The notes under the pieces were generated by a model that was not told the origin of the DNA, ran no database searches, and saw nothing but the letters and a program-made list of their open reading frames with translations. Below, piece after piece: positions 60,491 through 64,000 of a stretch of DNA of 64,000 nucleotides. A program made the translations under genes and the position numbers. Position 1 is the stretch's first letter, and the number at the start of each line of letters is the position of its first letter. Source of the DNA: Phycisphaerae bacterium. GTDB taxonomy: Bacteria > Planctomycetota > Phycisphaerae > UBA1845. Location: the NCBI GenBank assembly GCA_963666835.2, contig CAXXGO010000003.1, forward strand, positions 128,001 through 192,000. Direction: 5' to 3'.

Positions 60491-61451
60491 TCGCGAGAAT
60501 GAGCTGCATGGTATCCCCCAAGTAGATTCGATCCCGCACGGTTGCTAACAGAAGGTTGTCGGTATCGCCATTGGATTCAGGGGTTGCAGATAGCAGGTCG
60601 ACGGTTTCCGGCCGAATCGACAGCAGGCACGGTCCTGATGTACGCCCGCCTTCCGGAGCCGAAGCGCAGAGTGTGCCCAGATCCGTATCCAAGATGCGAA
60701 GACCATTACGGGACGATCGGATAGTGGCCTTCAGGATGTTTGTCTCACCCAGAAAGTCGGCGACTTGGGCACTGCGCGGGCGTTGATACAATTCAGTTGG
60801 TGGACCCAATTGGGTAATGCGACCGGATTGCATTACCGCAATGCGATCGGCCATCGACAGGGCCTCCTTCTGGTCGTGCGTGACGTATACAGTGGTCAGC
60901 CCGAACTCCTTGCATAACGTACGAATCTCTGCGCGCATGTCCAAGCGAAGTTTGGCGTCCAGATTGCTCAACGGTTCGTCGAGCAGAAGGCAATGAGGGC
61001 GGATCACAAGGGCGCGAGCCAAGGCTACGCGCTGTTGCTGTCCACCGGACAACTGGTTGGGTTTCCGGCCCTCATAGCCGCCCATCTTCACCATCTCCAG
61101 GGCTTCGGTGACGCGCCGGGCGCGGAGCGCCCCGCGCACCTTGCGAACTGATAGACCGAACCCCACATTGTCCGCCACGGTGAGATGCGGCCAGAGGGCA
61201 TAGTTCTGAAAGACCATGCCCGTGTTTCGACGGCGTGGTGGCAGAAAGGTGACGTCATCTCCCCCGAAAAAGACCCGGCCGTAATCCGGAGAACAGAAGC
61301 CTGCGATAGTGCGCAGCAGGGTGGTCTTGCCGCAACCGGAGGGCCCGAGCAGGAAAAATAGCTCACCGGCGTCGATCGAGACACTTACGTCTTGCAGGGC
61401 GTGGGTATTCCCGAAACACTTGGTGACACTCTTGATGTCGATTGACCGCAC
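60486..61451 (-). pseudogene. ABC transporter ATPase (AfuC/PotA-like), C-terminally truncated by IS1595
   Basis: [30 protein letters not shown]; stop codon now supplied by the IS end. Confidence 0.88.
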
Positions 61452-61602
61452 GGGTTCCTCCTGTCAGGGTGCAAGAACGCAGGTTTCGTGGCTGCGTTGA
61501 GTAACAGGCGGGGAAGATCATCTGCCCAGCGGTCTCTTGCGAAAAAGCCGATTCCGCAGGGGGGTGCCAAGATGCCGTCCCCAGCTTCTTCCCCAGGATC
61601 CT

Positions 61603-63324
61603 CTACACTCTGAACAACGCTCCTAGTCGTTTTCCCAAGGCGAGCGACGCTATCACGATGGTAGTAATCAAGACGAGCATACCGATCACCCCGAGAGCCG
61701 ACGCGGTCTCCGTCCCGGATTCCGGAATATCCGCTAGAGACCAGATGGCTTTCGTCATTGGGTAGTACTCGCGGTCGAACGCTAGAATCAAACTGTCGGA
61801 TACTTCCAACATGGAACGGCTGAAAACCAGCAGGCCGCCGGCGATTAGATTCGGTGCCAACAGGGGGGCAGTAATCCGCCCAAGGGTCCGTATGGGGCCG
61901 GCACCTAGGTTCATCGCGGCTTCTTCCAACGCCACGGAAGTCTGCTCCAAGCCGGCCGCGCAGGCTCTTACGACAAAAGGAATCCGGCGCACGCAATAAG
62001 CGATGACCAACAGCGGCATCGGGCTCCGGGTGAGCGGGTTAAGGAACCCGACCGGGGAGTCGCCTTGGGTTAGCGCGAAGTAACCAAAGGCCATGACTAA
62101 ACCGGGAACCGCCAAGGGCAGCATGGCCAAGCCATCCAGAATGGCAGTGAGAGGCGTACGTCGTCGGACGGCCAGGTATGCAATGGCGAATCCGAAGAAC
62201 ATGGCCCCGACCGTTGCGATGATCGAGTAGGTGACGCTGTTGACTATGCTCCGGGCGGCTACCCCCTTGCTGGGGTCGCCGAAACTCAGAATGTCGCTGA
62301 TTATGCCGACGTAGTGGCGCGAAGTCAGGTGTCCGGGAGCGAGTTCGAGCATACCGGTGGAAGTTATGCTACCCAGGATAACGCCCAGGTGCGGGACTAC
62401 GGCCGCGAGGAAGACGACACCGAAGGGCGCGGCCAACAGAAGGCTGCCTGCTGACCCCAAGCGCCGGAGCGGCGTGGATACGGTCGCTTTGGGGGCCATC
62501 GCCCCGGAAGGGCGTCCCAGGACCCACTTGCCCAGCGCGAAAATCAATACGCTTATCGTGAGCAGCACGACTACCAGAGCATACGCATCGCCCTGTGGGT
62601 TGGTTGTCTGAAGCTGGTCGAAGACCTGAACTGCGGTCACCGCGCGAAACCCTACGATCAAAGGTGTGCCCAGCTCGGTGAATGCCCAGATAAACACTAT
62701 TGTGGATCCGGCAAACACACCCGGCCGAGCCAGCGGAAGCGTCACCCGCCAAAGACGCCGGAAGAAACCGGCACCGAGGTTCTGAGCGGCTTCTTCCAGC
62801 GATGGATCGAGATTGGCGAGGGTCGCTTGGATGTTGAGGAATGTAATCGGGTAGAGATACAGCGTTTCCAGCACAATGCACGAAATGAAGGGCGAAGCCA
62901 GCCAGTCGATGGGATTCGCAGGGTCGATGAGGCCCAACGCCGCCAGCAGGCTGTTGAGGCCGCCGTTACGCGAGAGCATCCCCTTCAAACCCAACGCCCC
63001 GACAAACGGCGGCAGAATCAGCGGCACCTGAATGAGGGCCAGCCACCAGCGCTTTCCGGCGAAATCGAAATTCTCCGAAATCAACGCCAGCGGAAACGAG
63101 ATCAGTAGACACAAGATCGTAGTGCAAGACGCCAGGACCACGGAGTTGACCAGCCCCTCGCGGTAGAGCGGGTCCTCGAAGACCATCGAAAGCCAGAACA
63201 TGCTGAAACGGCCGTCTTCGTCGAAGCCGGCGCGTACGACTGCGAATATCGGAGCTAGCAGGACCAGACCCAAGGCAAGAATGAGGAGAAGAGTCAGCAG
63301 GGAACTCAGTTGCCACCGCTGCAT
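61603..63324 (-). CDS. ABC transporter permease (AfuB/FbpB-like, two TM domains)
   Basis: Two EAA motifs (LEEAAQNLGA, LEEAAMNLGA). Confidence 0.92.
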   Translation of the reverse strand: MQRWQLSSLLTLLLILALGLVLLAPIFAVVRAGFDEDGRFSMFWLSMVFEDPLYREGLVNSVVLASCTTILCLLISFPLALISENFDFAGKRWWLALIQVPLILPPFVGALGLKGMLSRNGGLNSLLAALGLIDPANPIDWLASPFISCIVLETLYLYPITFLNIQATLANLDPSLEEAAQNLGAGFFRRLWRVTLPLARPGVFAGSTIVFIWAFTELGTPLIVGFRAVTAVQVFDQLQTTNPQGDAYALVVVLLTISVLIFALGKWVLGRPSGAMAPKATVSTPLRRLGSAGSLLLAAPFGVVFLAAVVPHLGVILGSITSTGMLELAPGHLTSRHYVGIISDILSFGDPSKGVAARSIVNSVTYSIIATVGAMFFGFAIAYLAVRRRTPLTAILDGLAMLPLAVPGLVMAFGYFALTQGDSPVGFLNPLTRSPMPLLVIAYCVRRIPFVVRACAAGLEQTSVALEEAAMNLGAGPIRTLGRITAPLLAPNLIAGGLLVFSRSMLEVSDSLILAFDREYYPMTKAIWSLADIPESGTETASALGVIGMLVLITTIVIASLALGKRLGALFRV

Positions 63325-63383
63325 ACTTTTCTACCTTGCAGTGCCGCGAATCGCGCAACGACGCCTATGGTGAGCCCGGCGAA

Positions 63384-64000
63384 TCACGGTTGAAGTCTCA
63401 GGCGGAATCGCGCCGCGACCGGGTTGTGATCCGATCCCAGGCTGTCGACGCTTCCGGTGCGGATGGCGTACGACCCGGGAACGTACTGCTTAGCCAGGGC
63501 GGGCGAAGATAGAATGAAGTCGATCATAGATCGATACGGCTCGCGATTGTAGGTGATACGATCTGCCTTCGGTATCTCCTCGGCAAAGCACCGAAGCGCG
63601 CGCGGACCGTTTCCCACGAGGGTCTGCAAAGTGTTACTATCCCAGGTGTCGTTGAAGTCGCCACAGAGCGCAATAGCGGCGTCCGGATCCCGCTGCAGGC
63701 GGTCATCAAGAATCTCGCGGATCTTCTTCGCCTCTGCTACGCGGATGGGCTCGGCGTACGCGCGGCCGTCATAGTTGCTCTTCAGGTGTACCACCCAGAC
63801 CTCGAACGGAGCTGCTCTCTCCGGCTCCAGGCGAACACCCAGCAGATCCCGGCCGAAGCGGCGCAGTGATCCGCTCGCATCCGGAAACTCCAGGTGCCGG
63901 TACGACGTTACCGGCCCGACGGGCACGCGCGATACAAGAGCCGCGTCGATTCCTCGGGCGTCGTTGCTCTCGAAGTGGACGACATGACTGTAACCCATAT
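63384..64000 (-). CDS. Endonuclease/exonuclease/phosphatase (EEP) family protein, 5'-truncated by the window edge
   Basis: HLKS, GDFND, IDFI, SDHNP motifs. Confidence 0.9.
   Translation of the reverse strand, partial: MGYSHVVHFESNDARGIDAALVSRVPVGPVTSYRHLEFPDASGSLRRFGRDLLGVRLEPERAAPFEVWVVHLKSNYDGRAYAEPIRVAEAKKIREILDDRLQRDPDAAIALCGDFNDTWDSNTLQTLVGNGPRALRCFAEEIPKADRITYNREPYRSMIDFILSSPALAKQYVPGSYAIRTGSVDSLGSDHNPVAARFRLRLQP

Overview
GC-rich bacterial chromosome segment, most likely from a planctomycete (Phycisphaerae-like; inferred from a dockerin/EF-hand-like 'DADGDVDLADFARFQ' tail, a DUF1559-like pseudopilin tail, and dnaA unlinked to dnaN). Housekeeping genes: proS, dnaA, mutS, valS, folD, mdh, dapB. 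Accessory content: a 48-aa-repeat beta-propeller surface protein; a TrmB-CPBP protease operon; a response regulator/kinase plus group 3b [NiFe]-hydrogenase operon behind a sigma54-type promoter; a type II restriction-modification pair; and a large phosphorus cluster (phoBR, 11-bp-periodic Pho-box-like repeats, OprB porin, pstSCAB-phoU, a second phoB, an AfuABC/FbpABC-like transporter and an EEP nuclease/phosphatase). An intact IS1595 with an 8-bp target duplication truncates the transporter ATPase. Several intergenic gaps are mosaics of REP-like palindromes. The most unusual protein has a eukaryote-type C2H2 zinc finger, coiled coil, AT-hook-like motif and winged helix (candidate nucleoid protein or silencer). 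No rRNA, tRNA or CRISPR array was recognised. All protein calls come from motif recognition by eye, not database searches.
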